64,000 nt of DNA from Alphaproteobacteria bacterium (GTDB taxonomy: Bacteria; Pseudomonadota; Alphaproteobacteria; RF32; CAG-239). The position numbers and the translations under genes are program-made. Positions 28,693-38,025 of this stretch are shown here, in pieces. The DNA is taken from positions 3,100 to 67,099 of the forward strand of contig JAFVWM010000038.1 in NCBI GenBank assembly GCA_017501665.1. Direction: 5' to 3'. Within the stretch, counting starts at the first letter, position 1. Each line of letters opens with the position of its first letter. Below the pieces are notes generated by a model. It worked only from the letters and a program-made list of their open reading frames with translations, did not search any database and was not told where the DNA came from.

Positions 28693-31600
28693 TTACCAAT
28701 TATAATTAATGCCGAGGTTAAAGTCGGAAGCATTATAGTTACTGCCAAAGGTATAGCCGGCCGAGCCGAAACCGCTCCAACCGTTACCTATATTAATTGA
28801 ACCGCCTATTTCGCCACGTATTAATGTTTGATTTTCAACACCTTCGACGCTGTCAAGCGAAGTTACGGAAACATCACCTTTGCCAAAGTTGCGGATAATG
28901 CTCGGTTTGAGATAAATTTTGCTTATGCTGTGTTTTTTATTGTCGTGGAAGAAGGTTTTTTCAATTTTTATACCGGCTTCGGTTTCGATATTGTGAATAT
29001 TATCAAATTTGGCGGTTTTGCCATACTCGTCTGACATATTATCATATTTGATAAAGTTATAACCTAAGCGAATACTCGGTTCTACAGTCAAGCGTTTTTG
29101 CGGTTCAAAGACCATACCGGCTTCGATACTTGCGCCAAATTGTATACCGGTGGTGTCGGATGATACATTATCGTCGGTGGTCATATCGGCTTGTTGAATT
29201 CCGCCATAAACAGTGCTTAAGGCCCAAAGTTTGTCTTTGTCATAACGATGATACAAACCTAAAATCCAACTGTCGATGTCGTATTCCGAGCCGGTTGATG
29301 AGTAATAGTCTTTGCCTTCGCCGGAAAGCTCATAGTTGCCTTGGCGATAAGAGCCGAAAATACCCAAGCGATTATTTAAGTTGTGTTGAATATCAAAACC
29401 TAAATCTACGGCTTTTATCTTAGCTTCGACGACAATGGGGATATCGATGTTTGATTGCGTTTGACCCAAATTTATCCAAGCGCCGTTCAATGATGCTCCG
29501 TCGTATTCACGTTCACCCATTCCGCATTGTCCGCATATATGTTTTGTTGATGCAACTTTGTTTGCAATAACTCGAACCAAATCTCGTGTTTGTTCCAAAC
29601 CTATTTGCGGTAACGCCATATAGGCAAGAGCTTCGGCAACCACTTTCGGTTTTCCGCTTGTAATATTGATAATGTCTTCATAGTCATAAACATCGTCACC
29701 TAATACTAATTCTTCGTCATCATCGGTTGTACCATAGCCGGAAGATGAAGTATTGTCGTTTGTAACATACCATTTGTTGTTTTCGTACAAACTATACCAT
29801 TCGCGTGCATCTCCGTCCATACGGAAGACATCAAAATATGCACCGGTTGAAACGTCATCATTAGGTGCACTGACAAATAAAGCCTTTGCAGTTAACAAAC
29901 CGCTACCGGTCGGACGGACAACGACTTTTGTGCGACCGACTACGTCGCCTTCGATTATTAACAGGTCGGCAGTGTTGTTGCTCGGATCGACATCGATGAT
30001 CATGGACGCGTTTTTATAGGCATGATAAGTTCCTTTGATTGTAACAATATCGTCGGCTCCGTCGGAATTATGACTAAAGTTTATTAATCCGTCATTGTTT
30101 ACCGATGCGTTGATAGTGCCGATCAGGGGCGAGTTGCCTGCTAAATCAAGCGTCGATCCCGAAGACATATTGATAATCTCTGAGGCAATTTGAGATTTGT
30201 TATTTGTATCGGCCACAAGTTTTACGGTGGCATTGTTTTTGGCGCTCAGTTCTTTCCATCCCGACACATAATTAGCACCGCTTCCTATATCAAAAGTTCC
30301 TCCGCTTAGGACAAGTTTTTTGTCTTGAGCTGTGTTTATTAATGAATCTCTGTTCAGATTATTATTAATACCGCCTTCTAAGATCAGACTTGCACCGTTT
30401 GTGATGTTGTCCTTAAATATTTTTTTATAATCGTAGCTTCCGCCAAGATTTGCATGTCGGTCAATGATAATGTTGCCGGTCAAAAGTGTGCCGGCCGAAA
30501 TATTAAGATAAGAATCGCTTTTTGCTAACAAATTATGCAGACGGGCTTGGGTTTGGGCTTCTAAAGTACCGCCGGCAAAAACAACGGAATTTTCGGCCAA
30601 TCCTCCGCTTTGAACAACTAATTTACCGCCGTTTGCAACCATGGTTGATAATGCATGACCGCCGTTTTTGATGTTTAATAATGATGATTGATTAATAATG
30701 TTGTCTTTTACCTGACCGCCAATGCCCACATTAACCACAGAACCGTTTTGTAGAGTGGCGCGATCAAGACCTTTGGCATTTATCTCAACTTCAACATTGT
30801 CAATGCTGATATTGCCGTCGTGTTCGATATCGTTATTAAATACGATTTTGCCGGTGCCGTCTCCGTTGAGGTTAAATTTGATGTTGTTTTCTAAAAGATT
30901 TACAAAAACTATGTCGCCGTTGTTGTCTTGATAAAATAATCCGCTTTCGCCGGCATAGGTTTCGGTGTCAGAAGGTGGGGTTACGTTATTGGAAGAACCT
31001 TCGTTAGCTGTTATTTTATCATTGAAAATTATTTGCCCGCCCTCAATTGCCGAAAGGTTTGTGGTGCCACCGGCCATATGAAGGGCGTTGGATTCTTTAA
31101 TATCATTGCCGGAAGAATCTTTGTAAATAATATGATTTCCGTCAAAAACCGATTGTTTGCCGTCGTTGGCGGTTATGTTTAGAGTACTGCGATTATAGAT
31201 AGCTCCGCCTTGGGCAGAGGTTTTGTCGGAGGAATTTGTTTGGACATAATTGTCATAAAAATCAGCATTGATCAAGGATAAAGTACCGTTATTATAAATC
31301 GCGCCACCACGGCCTTCGGTTTGCGTTTGGATATAGTTACCGATGAAGTCGCCGGAAATATTGCCGATGGTACCTCGATTATAAATAGCGCCACCATTGA
31401 CGGAAGATTGTGCTTGAACATAGTTGCCGATAAAGTCGCCGGTGATGTTGCCGATGGTACCGTATTTATTATAAATAGCGCCACCTTCGCCGTAAGAAGA
31501 TTGCGATTGAATATAATTGCCGATAAAATCGCCGGTGATGTCTCCGATGGTGGCAGTTGAACCTGAATTAACTGCGCGATTATATATCGCGCCACCGTGG

Positions 31601-32640
31601 CTGCTAGAAGATTGCGCTTGGATATAGTTACCGATGAAATCGCCGGTGATGTCTCCGATGGTGGTAGTTGAACCTGAAGAACCTGCGCTATTATGAATAG
31701 CGCCACCGCTACCGGAGTGCGCTTGGATATAGTTACCGATGAAGTCGCCGGTGATGTTGCCGATGGTGGTAGTTGAACTTGGAAAATTTTCGCTATTATA
31801 AATAGCGCCACCGCTACCGGAGTGCGCTTGGATATAGTTACCGATGAAGTCGCCGGTGATGTTGCCGATATTACCGGAACCATTATAAATCGCGCCACCG
31901 CCGCCGTGTTCAGCTTGGATATAGTTACCGATGAAGTCGCCGGTGATGTCGCTGATGGTGGCAGTTGAACCTGAAGAATATGCGCTATTATAAATAGCGC
32001 CACCTTCGCTGAATTCAGCTTGAACATAGTTGCCGATGAAATCACCGGTGATGTTGCCGATGGTACCGCGATGATTATAAATCGCGCCACCGTAGCCTTC
32101 AGTTTGCGCTTGAACATAGTTACCGATAAAATCGCCGGTGATGTCGCCGATGGTACCTCCATTATAAATCGCGCCACCGTAGTCGGAATCTTGCGCTTGG
32201 ATATAGTTACCGATGAAGTCAGCATTTATAGGATTGTTAAAGTTTTGAGTATTAAGGATAGCTCCACCATTAACAGTTGTAGTAATATTATTAAATACTA
32301 CGGATTGGGTGTTACTTGTGGTAAGATTATTATTGAGACGTTTGTTGGTTTCGTTGTAATCTGAGGGTTTATTGTAGCTATATTTATAATAAACACCGTC
32401 AATTAAGGCAATGTTTTTGCCGGCGATGATTTCTTCGTCCGTTGCCGTTGTCCAAGTTACTTTGTCAGGTGTTAAGCTGTTTAAGAATTCTTGATCGATT
32501 TTTTTGGTGGTATCTTGAGCAAATGAGGCAGATGTGAAAAATAAAGACAACAATAAACTATATGCGGAAAGTTTTACCCCTCCCCAGTGTTTTTCTAAGT
32601 AATTACAATCGGTTATGTGTTTGCGTGTGATGGCAGACAT
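28693..32640 (-). CDS. Autotransporter (type Va) surface protein with GGAIYN/DFIGNY beta-helix repeats, AIDA-like segment and C-terminal beta-barrel
   Basis: Extended signal peptide ending ASFA; about 10 TIGxITGDFIGNYxQAx(4-7)GGAIYN repeats; ADLLIIEGDVVG junction; barrel ending LGINYNW. The ATG at 32640 has a strong AGGAGG RBS (track start 32709). Confidence 0.88.
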   Translation of the reverse strand: MSAITRKHITDCNYLEKHWGGVKLSAYSLLLSLFFTSASFAQDTTKKIDQEFLNSLTPDKVTWTTATDEEIIAGKNIALIDGVYYKYSYNKPSDYNETNKRLNNNLTTSNTQSVVFNNITTTVNGGAILNTQNFNNPINADFIGNYIQAQDSDYGGAIYNGGTIGDITGDFIGNYVQAQTEGYGGAIYNHRGTIGNITGDFIGNYVQAEFSEGGAIYNSAYSSGSTATISDITGDFIGNYIQAEHGGGGAIYNGSGNIGNITGDFIGNYIQAHSGSGGAIYNSENFPSSTTTIGNITGDFIGNYIQAHSGSGGAIHNSAGSSGSTTTIGDITGDFIGNYIQAQSSSSHGGAIYNRAVNSGSTATIGDITGDFIGNYIQSQSSYGEGGAIYNKYGTIGNITGDFIGNYVQAQSSVNGGAIYNRGTIGNISGDFIGNYIQTQTEGRGGAIYNNGTLSLINADFYDNYVQTNSSDKTSAQGGAIYNRSTLNITANDGKQSVFDGNHIIYKDSSGNDIKESNALHMAGGTTNLSAIEGGQIIFNDKITANEGSSNNVTPPSDTETYAGESGLFYQDNNGDIVFVNLLENNIKFNLNGDGTGKIVFNNDIEHDGNISIDNVEVEINAKGLDRATLQNGSVVNVGIGGQVKDNIINQSSLLNIKNGGHALSTMVANGGKLVVQSGGLAENSVVFAGGTLEAQTQARLHNLLAKSDSYLNISAGTLLTGNIIIDRHANLGGSYDYKKIFKDNITNGASLILEGGINNNLNRDSLINTAQDKKLVLSGGTFDIGSGANYVSGWKELSAKNNATVKLVADTNNKSQIASEIINMSSGSTLDLAGNSPLIGTINASVNNDGLINFSHNSDGADDIVTIKGTYHAYKNASMIIDVDPSNNTADLLIIEGDVVGRTKVVVRPTGSGLLTAKALFVSAPNDDVSTGAYFDVFRMDGDAREWYSLYENNKWYVTNDNTSSSGYGTTDDDEELVLGDDVYDYEDIINITSGKPKVVAEALAYMALPQIGLEQTRDLVRVIANKVASTKHICGQCGMGEREYDGASLNGAWINLGQTQSNIDIPIVVEAKIKAVDLGFDIQHNLNNRLGIFGSYRQGNYELSGEGKDYYSSTGSEYDIDSWILGLYHRYDKDKLWALSTVYGGIQQADMTTDDNVSSDTTGIQFGASIEAGMVFEPQKRLTVEPSIRLGYNFIKYDNMSDEYGKTAKFDNIHNIETEAGIKIEKTFFHDNKKHSISKIYLKPSIIRNFGKGDVSVTSLDSVEGVENQTLIRGEIGGSINIGNGWSGFGSAGYTFGSNYNASDFNLGINYNW
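31290..32225 (-). repeat. Intragenic tandem repeat array of the autotransporter passenger (10 DFIGNY units, about 85-110 bp each)
   Basis: Recurrent nucleotide blocks such as atagttaccgatgaagtcgccggtgatgttgccgatggt and ataaatagcgccacc, separated by variable segments. Confidence 0.92.
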
Positions 32641-32913
32641 AACAACCTCCTGTTGATATACTCGTTTGTATATCCTGTTTATTGTACCATATTTTGATGC
32701 CACTAGCAATTCTTTTTTATATCGTCGTTTCGATATTTCTTACCGAAAGAAAAAAATGTCGATTCTGATATTTTCTTTTTTCGATTCATTAAAGGAATCG
32801 ATATTTTTTATATATCGAATCCTCCATTATCGATAATACAAGATATTTGCTTAATATTTGTTTAAGAAAATTTTGAATTTTTTTATGCATTATAATTGTT
32901 ATCGCCCAGCAAA

Positions 32914-33194
32914 GTCATTCCTCGCTCGGCGCTTCAGCGTCCGTGAGTCTGGGAATCTCATCTTTGCGTCAGCGCTAATATAATAAAAACAAGGAAGATC
33001 CCTTGACCTCACTGCGTTCGGAGGGATGACAATATAAATTTAAACAGAAGATGTCATCGCCTGAGTGAGCCTGCGAACGAGGTTAGCGATCTTCAAATTA
33101 GTTTTAAAAAACAAAGAAGATGCCTTACCGCACTCCGCTAAAGCTTCGTTTAGGGCATGACTCTATAAGGTCGTTTCTCGCTTAAAGGCATGAC
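32914..33194. repeat. Cluster 1 of GTCAT...ATCT palindromic REP-like units (CGTC/TGTC-tag type, BIME-like mosaic)
   Basis: Units at 32914-32958(+), 32996-33030(-), 33053-33092(+), 33118-33161(-) and a partial one at 33170-33194(-); homologous to units at 54808-55320. Confidence 0.85.
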
Positions 33195-33207
33195 GTTATC
33201 TATTTGT

Positions 33208-33513
33208 TTAGGGTATGACGGTTATTGTTGCTTCGTAAGCATTGGTTATTTGAGTATCATCATCGTTTTGTTCGGCGGATAATTCACAAACCAAGATTTT
33301 ATCAAGATCATAAAATAATTCTGATATTTCATCGGGTATATCATCTATACTTAGGGCATAGTCGGCTGTACGGTATAATACAGCGCGCTTGTTTTGAATA
33401 TCTATTTCTAAATGGGGATTTGACGGAGTGCCGGTTTGGGCATATATCAAAAGCATAACTTCGTCATCATCGTTAACAATAAAATCATATGTATTAAATT
33501 TATTTTCGGACAT
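33208..33513 (-). CDS. Small acidic hypothetical protein
   Basis: 101-aa ORF with globular, acidic composition, divergent from the next gene. Confidence 0.65.
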   Translation of the reverse strand: MSENKFNTYDFIVNDDDEVMLLIYAQTGTPSNPHLEIDIQNKRAVLYRTADYALSIDDIPDEISELFYDLDKILVCELSAEQNDDDTQITNAYEATITVIP

Positions 33514-33648
33514 TTTTTTGAAAAAAGTTGTTGTTTGATATAAAAAAGTTAAAACATAAGTATTGAAGAAATGTTAATAGATTAAAAAATTAAGATGAAA
33601 AACTTTTTTTTGAGATATATTGGTTGTTGAAAGCAGGGGTGTTTATTA

Positions 33649-34326
33649 ATGAACCGATTGTTAGATAAAATAATAAATTTTTTTAAGTGGCCTGTGGCTA
33701 TATGGCTTTTTTGTTCGTTGCCGGCGTTTTTTAAGTCGTTGGATGCTTTTAAGTTTACGGAATGGCGATATGTGGCAATGGCAACAGGCTTTTTTATGTT
33801 TTTTATCGGAAGATCCTTTATGGACGGGGCTTCGCGTACGAGTATGGAGGTTTTGGCTCATGAACTTACGCATGCGTTTTTTGCCTTGATTACTTTTCAC
33901 AAAGTTAAAGGCATTAGAATAAATCCGGATGATACCGGCGGAACAATGTCTTTTGAAGGCGAGGGAAATTGGTTGATTGTTATCGGTCCTTATTTTTTTC
34001 CGCTGTATTGCTTGTTTGCGATGATTGCCATAAGTATATATACAATGTTTGCTCCAACGAATTTATTTCTTAGTTTGTTTTTGGGCTTTTTTACCGGATT
34101 TCACTTTGATATGGTGGGTTCGCAAATTCATGAAAAGCAAACAGATTTGCCTAAGGTCGGATATAAATTTTGTGCGGTGTTTTTGTTGCCGGCAAATTTG
34201 TGGATGATAGGCTCTGTTTTGGCTTTTAACTCAAAAGGATGGGACGGCGTTGTAATCTACCAACACCTGATTTCTGACATTAATGCCAGAAATTTCAGAT
34301 ATTTAATGAATTTAATCGGTATGTAA
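33649..34326 (+). CDS. M50-family (M50B-like) membrane metallopeptidase
   Basis: HELTH zinc motif at a hydrophobic segment, then GG..GPY and a later D-containing motif. Confidence 0.7.
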   Translation: MNRLLDKIINFFKWPVAIWLFCSLPAFFKSLDAFKFTEWRYVAMATGFFMFFIGRSFMDGASRTSMEVLAHELTHAFFALITFHKVKGIRINPDDTGGTMSFEGEGNWLIVIGPYFFPLYCLFAMIAISIYTMFAPTNLFLSLFLGFFTGFHFDMVGSQIHEKQTDLPKVGYKFCAVFLLPANLWMIGSVLAFNSKGWDGVVIYQHLISDINARNFRYLMNLIGM

Positions 34327-34328
34327 GC

Positions 34329-35684
34329 TTAAATAGCTTCTAACAATTCTTTGCAAAAATCGGCCAATGAATTATCGTGAGCCCCCATAATGATTATGCG
34401 ATCACCGGATTTTGCGTTGTTTATAATGTAGTTTTTGGTGTCGGCTTTGGTCGGTAAGAAAAATGCATTTTTATGGCCGTTGTTTACGATTTCTTTTACG
34501 ATGTTGTCAGAAGTAATGCCTATGTCGTCTTTGGTAAGCTCGTAGATTTCTTGCAAAATCATAACATCGCTTTCCTCTAAGATATCGGCTATTTCTTGTG
34601 CCATTTCGCTTCCGGTGTTTATGGCCGAAAAAGGCGTGTGCGGTTGATACATGGCAATAATACGACCGTCATAAGATTTGAGTGCTTCAAGAGAAGCCCG
34701 TATTTTGCTGGGATTGTGAGCAAAATCATTGTAGATGGTTATATTGTTTTTTGTGCCGATTTTTTCCAAACGGGTTTTTATGCCTAGAAAACCTTCTAAG
34801 GTTTTGGCACAAATTAGGGGATCTATGCCTAAAAATGAGCAGGCAGATATGGTGGCTAATGCATTTGAAACATTAAAAGCCCCTAGCATTTGCAAATGAA
34901 AAGTCTTGCCTTGAAAAACATATTCAACGCCGGTAGGGGTGGCTTTTATGTTTGAAACATAAAAATCAGCCTTAGGGTCTTTTGTTGAAAAAGTTTTATA
35001 TGAGGTATGAGTGATTTTTGAGGCATTCGGACAGTCTAAATTGATCACAATATTTTTTGAATTAGTTGCAAATGATGCAAAATATTCCATCAATTGCTCC
35101 ATAGATGTATGATCGTGTGAAATGTTGTTTATGATACCTACAAAGGGTTGGTACTTTGTTATTGAGCCGTCGCTTTCATCGGCTTCGATTACGCAAATAT
35201 CTCCTTCGTTATAGATATAATTGGGAATACCTTTTTGGTTTTGGAAGTTGCACAAGGCTCCGCCGTTTATCATACATGGTTTTCGGTTTAGGGTTTGTAA
35301 AACATAGCCCATCATGGCCGTGGTGGTGGTTTTGCCTGCTGTCCCGCCAACGGCTATTCCATAAGGATATTGAGAAAAAATATCTTTTAATAAGTCGGAA
35401 CGAAACTTAATCGGAATGTTTTTTTCTTTAGCCTTTTTGACGTCCGGATTTGAGTCTTTTATAGCCGCAGAAACGCATAAAAACTCTACATCATCGGTAA
35501 TTGCCGAGCCGTCTTGAGGGACAATTTTTATACCGGCATCCGCAAGAGCTTGTTTCCTTTTTGCGTCTTTTCCGATGTCAAAACTGTAATCGGTTCCATA
35601 TACAGAGTATCCTTTTAAGACCATAATTTGTTCAAGCGGACTTATTCCGTTGCCGGAAGCTCCGCTAAAGACTATTTTTTTCAT
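34329..35684 (-). CDS. Mur ligase family protein (stand-alone MurC/Mpl-like)
   Basis: GASGNGISPL, GTAGKTTTT, EADESDGS, DH, NDFAHNP, YQPH; located outside a dcw cluster. Confidence 0.85.
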   Translation of the reverse strand: MKKIVFSGASGNGISPLEQIMVLKGYSVYGTDYSFDIGKDAKRKQALADAGIKIVPQDGSAITDDVEFLCVSAAIKDSNPDVKKAKEKNIPIKFRSDLLKDIFSQYPYGIAVGGTAGKTTTTAMMGYVLQTLNRKPCMINGGALCNFQNQKGIPNYIYNEGDICVIEADESDGSITKYQPFVGIINNISHDHTSMEQLMEYFASFATNSKNIVINLDCPNASKITHTSYKTFSTKDPKADFYVSNIKATPTGVEYVFQGKTFHLQMLGAFNVSNALATISACSFLGIDPLICAKTLEGFLGIKTRLEKIGTKNNITIYNDFAHNPSKIRASLEALKSYDGRIIAMYQPHTPFSAINTGSEMAQEIADILEESDVMILQEIYELTKDDIGITSDNIVKEIVNNGHKNAFFLPTKADTKNYIINNAKSGDRIIIMGAHDNSLADFCKELLEAI

Positions 35685-35706
35685 ATTGATTCAAAGTCCT
35701 CATTTT

Positions 35707-36573
35707 TTATAGAGCATCTAAAGTGGTTGCTTCTTGTTTTTTTATGATTTCTAAATTTTTATAATCGATTACTATATAGCTTTTTTTCTCGCCGTCAACA
35801 CCTATGCTAAGAGCGGCAGCAATATCTTTGTTATTATAAGTGGAATATAAAACAGCTTGTCCGGAAGCAAGTTGATTTAGAAAGTCAGGGTTTCCCAAGG
35901 GAGCATCTTCTTTTATTATTTCTTCTTTTTTATTGTTAAGGACTTTTTTTTCAATAACGGCAGGAGTAAAGAAAGTTTTTTTGTTACCGTATTTTTTTTC
36001 TAAAAGTTGAGCATACTTATTGTATTCTTCAAGGGTTTTTGAAGCAGACGAATCGTCATCAATTAGTTGGCTGTATGATAAAATACGATAGAGCTCATCA
36101 TCTTTTCCGAAAACAACAAAGACTCTGTCAAAAAAGGAGAGAGGCTTGGGTAATGATTTGGCAAGAAAACTGTTTTCGTAATCTTTTATTTCGACTGCTT
36201 GGAGCGTAATTCCTTGGTTTTGTATGGTGGTTTGATCTGCTCCCCAAAACAAGCCGAAGGGGGCTTCTTTGAGTTTTTTTGCGGTAGATGCCTTTTTTAC
36301 GGTGTTGGTTTTGGCATTTTTTATTGTGGGGATATGTATTTTTGGTAGCTTTACAGGCCGTTGATTGAGCAGGTTTTTGGCTTGGTTTACGGCATCTGTC
36401 ATATCTTCTTGGGATGCTTTGGCTGCTATTGCTTCTTCTTCACTAAAATCTTCGGTTCTTATGATAATATCTTCTTCATCAAATAAAAAGCTTTGATTAA
36501 GAGGATTTTCTTGGGAAAACGATGTTTGAATGCCAACAAATAAAAGGCTTACAACCAAAAGAAATTTTTTCAT
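35707..36573 (-). CDS. Secreted hypothetical protein
   Basis: Signal peptide MKKFLLVVSLLFVGIQTSFS; 288 aa. Confidence 0.65.
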   Translation of the reverse strand: MKKFLLVVSLLFVGIQTSFSQENPLNQSFLFDEEDIIIRTEDFSEEEAIAAKASQEDMTDAVNQAKNLLNQRPVKLPKIHIPTIKNAKTNTVKKASTAKKLKEAPFGLFWGADQTTIQNQGITLQAVEIKDYENSFLAKSLPKPLSFFDRVFVVFGKDDELYRILSYSQLIDDDSSASKTLEEYNKYAQLLEKKYGNKKTFFTPAVIEKKVLNNKKEEIIKEDAPLGNPDFLNQLASGQAVLYSTYNNKDIAAALSIGVDGEKKSYIVIDYKNLEIIKKQEATTLDAL

Positions 36574-36681
36574 TGCAAATTATCCTTAAAATATCTCAAA
36601 ATTAAATTGAATACTTAAAATTCTTGTGTTTAGTATAGATATATATTTACAAATTTTTTATTAAAGTAAACGGGCAAATAA

Positions 36682-37311
36682 ATGATTAGTCTAAAAGATA
36701 TTCGCTTAAAAGCCTTTGTTAAGGACAAAACTAAGGATATTTTGTTGCAAGTCGGGCGAAAATTGGTTGTTGAAAAAGGTGTTGATGCGCTTAGTGCCAG
36801 AAAATTAGCAACGGCGGCAAATTCGTCTGTGGGAATGGTTTATAATATTTTCGGAACAATGGATAATTATATAATGGAGCAAAATGTTATTACATTGACC
36901 GAGCTATATGATAAAATGGAATCGGTTGTTTTAAGCAAAAATCCGTTTAATAACCTTAATCGCTATGCTGATGTTTTGACTTTATATATAGAGACAAATC
37001 CTAATCTGTGGTACTTGTTGTATAGTTCACAATTGTCTGTTAATGCAAAAAGAAGTTCTTGTGCCAAAGCCAGAGTTATAAAAAAAATTGATATTTTAAT
37101 AGCAACTCAAGCTCTGAAACTTATTAAGGGAATCGGAGTAAAAGAAAAAAGATTGGTAATAAAAGTTTTGGAAATGAGTCTGTTTGCTTTGAGCGGTTAT
37201 CTTTTAGGTAACAGCTTAAACTCAAAATCAGAACTTAACAGGGGAAATTTGTGTAAGTTGCTGATGAATACTTATATGGCCGGTTTGGCATCTTTGAAGG
37301 GAAATAAATAA
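36682..37311 (+). CDS. TetR/AcrR family transcriptional regulator
   Basis: KGVDALSARKLATAANSSVGMVYNIF helix-turn-helix. Confidence 0.85.
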   Translation: MISLKDIRLKAFVKDKTKDILLQVGRKLVVEKGVDALSARKLATAANSSVGMVYNIFGTMDNYIMEQNVITLTELYDKMESVVLSKNPFNNLNRYADVLTLYIETNPNLWYLLYSSQLSVNAKRSSCAKARVIKKIDILIATQALKLIKGIGVKEKRLVIKVLEMSLFALSGYLLGNSLNSKSELNRGNLCKLLMNTYMAGLASLKGNK

Positions 37312-37312
37312 T

Positions 37313-37870
37313 ATGTTGAATCAATTATATATAAAATTGAATCTGTTAGTGGATAAAGTAAATTCGGTCAGTTTTTTGCAATCGTTTTTTGATAACAGAT
37401 TTTATCTGATTTTGTTGGTGATTATTTTGGTTCATTTGAAAAACGCTACGTACAAATCAATGTTTTTGTGTGCTTTGATAAATATGCCGGGAACAATATT
37501 GCACGAAACCATGCACTTTATTGTCGGACTTTTGTTAAATGCAAAACCTTGTAATTTTACATTGTTTCCCAGACGAAACGAAAACGGTTATGTAATGGGA
37601 AGCGTAGGGTTTACAAATATTACTTTTTATAATGCAATTCCGGCATCTATGGCGCCGTTAATGTTGTTGCCGATAGGGTTTTATTTAAACAGATATTTTT
37701 TACCCAATATGGCACCGACTTTTACCAACTATGTTTTGTATGTTTTGTTACAAACAATCATTATTGAAAACGCACTTCCGTCATCAGCTGATTTTAAGGT
37801 TGCCAGAATGTATTTTTTGGGAATCCTCATGTATACGGCTATCGGTGTCGGTTTGTTTCTTATGTTGTAG
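37313..37870 (+). CDS. M50-like membrane metallopeptidase
   Basis: PGTILHETMH, GSVGF, SMAPL, ALPSSADF. Confidence 0.7.
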   Translation: MLNQLYIKLNLLVDKVNSVSFLQSFFDNRFYLILLVIILVHLKNATYKSMFLCALINMPGTILHETMHFIVGLLLNAKPCNFTLFPRRNENGYVMGSVGFTNITFYNAIPASMAPLMLLPIGFYLNRYFLPNMAPTFTNYVLYVLLQTIIIENALPSSADFKVARMYFLGILMYTAIGVGLFLML

Positions 37871-38025
37871 AAAAGAATCATCAAAACATTGCTTTTGGTT
37901 AACCTATTGTTTAGACTCTAGCCATTATGATTTGAGTCATAATATGACGAATCGACAATCTTAAATTTTGAAGGGTTGTCTGTTGTATTTTTATACTTGG
38001 ATTAACCTGTTAATAGGAATCAAAA

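Noticed and set aside
31272..32225. 317-aa alternative-frame ORF and antisense ORFs inside the autotransporter
   Set aside because: These are by-products of the tandem repeat's codon pattern (SATSPATSS repeats); the GGAIYN frame is continuous with the signal peptide and barrel.
31290..32225. Diversity-generating retroelement target
   Set aside because: No reverse transcriptase or TR/VR pair is in the window, and the variation includes indels rather than adenine-specific substitutions.
37871..38025. Sodium or other riboswitch upstream of hppA
   Set aside because: I recognise no riboswitch consensus; only a dyad and one hairpin are visible.
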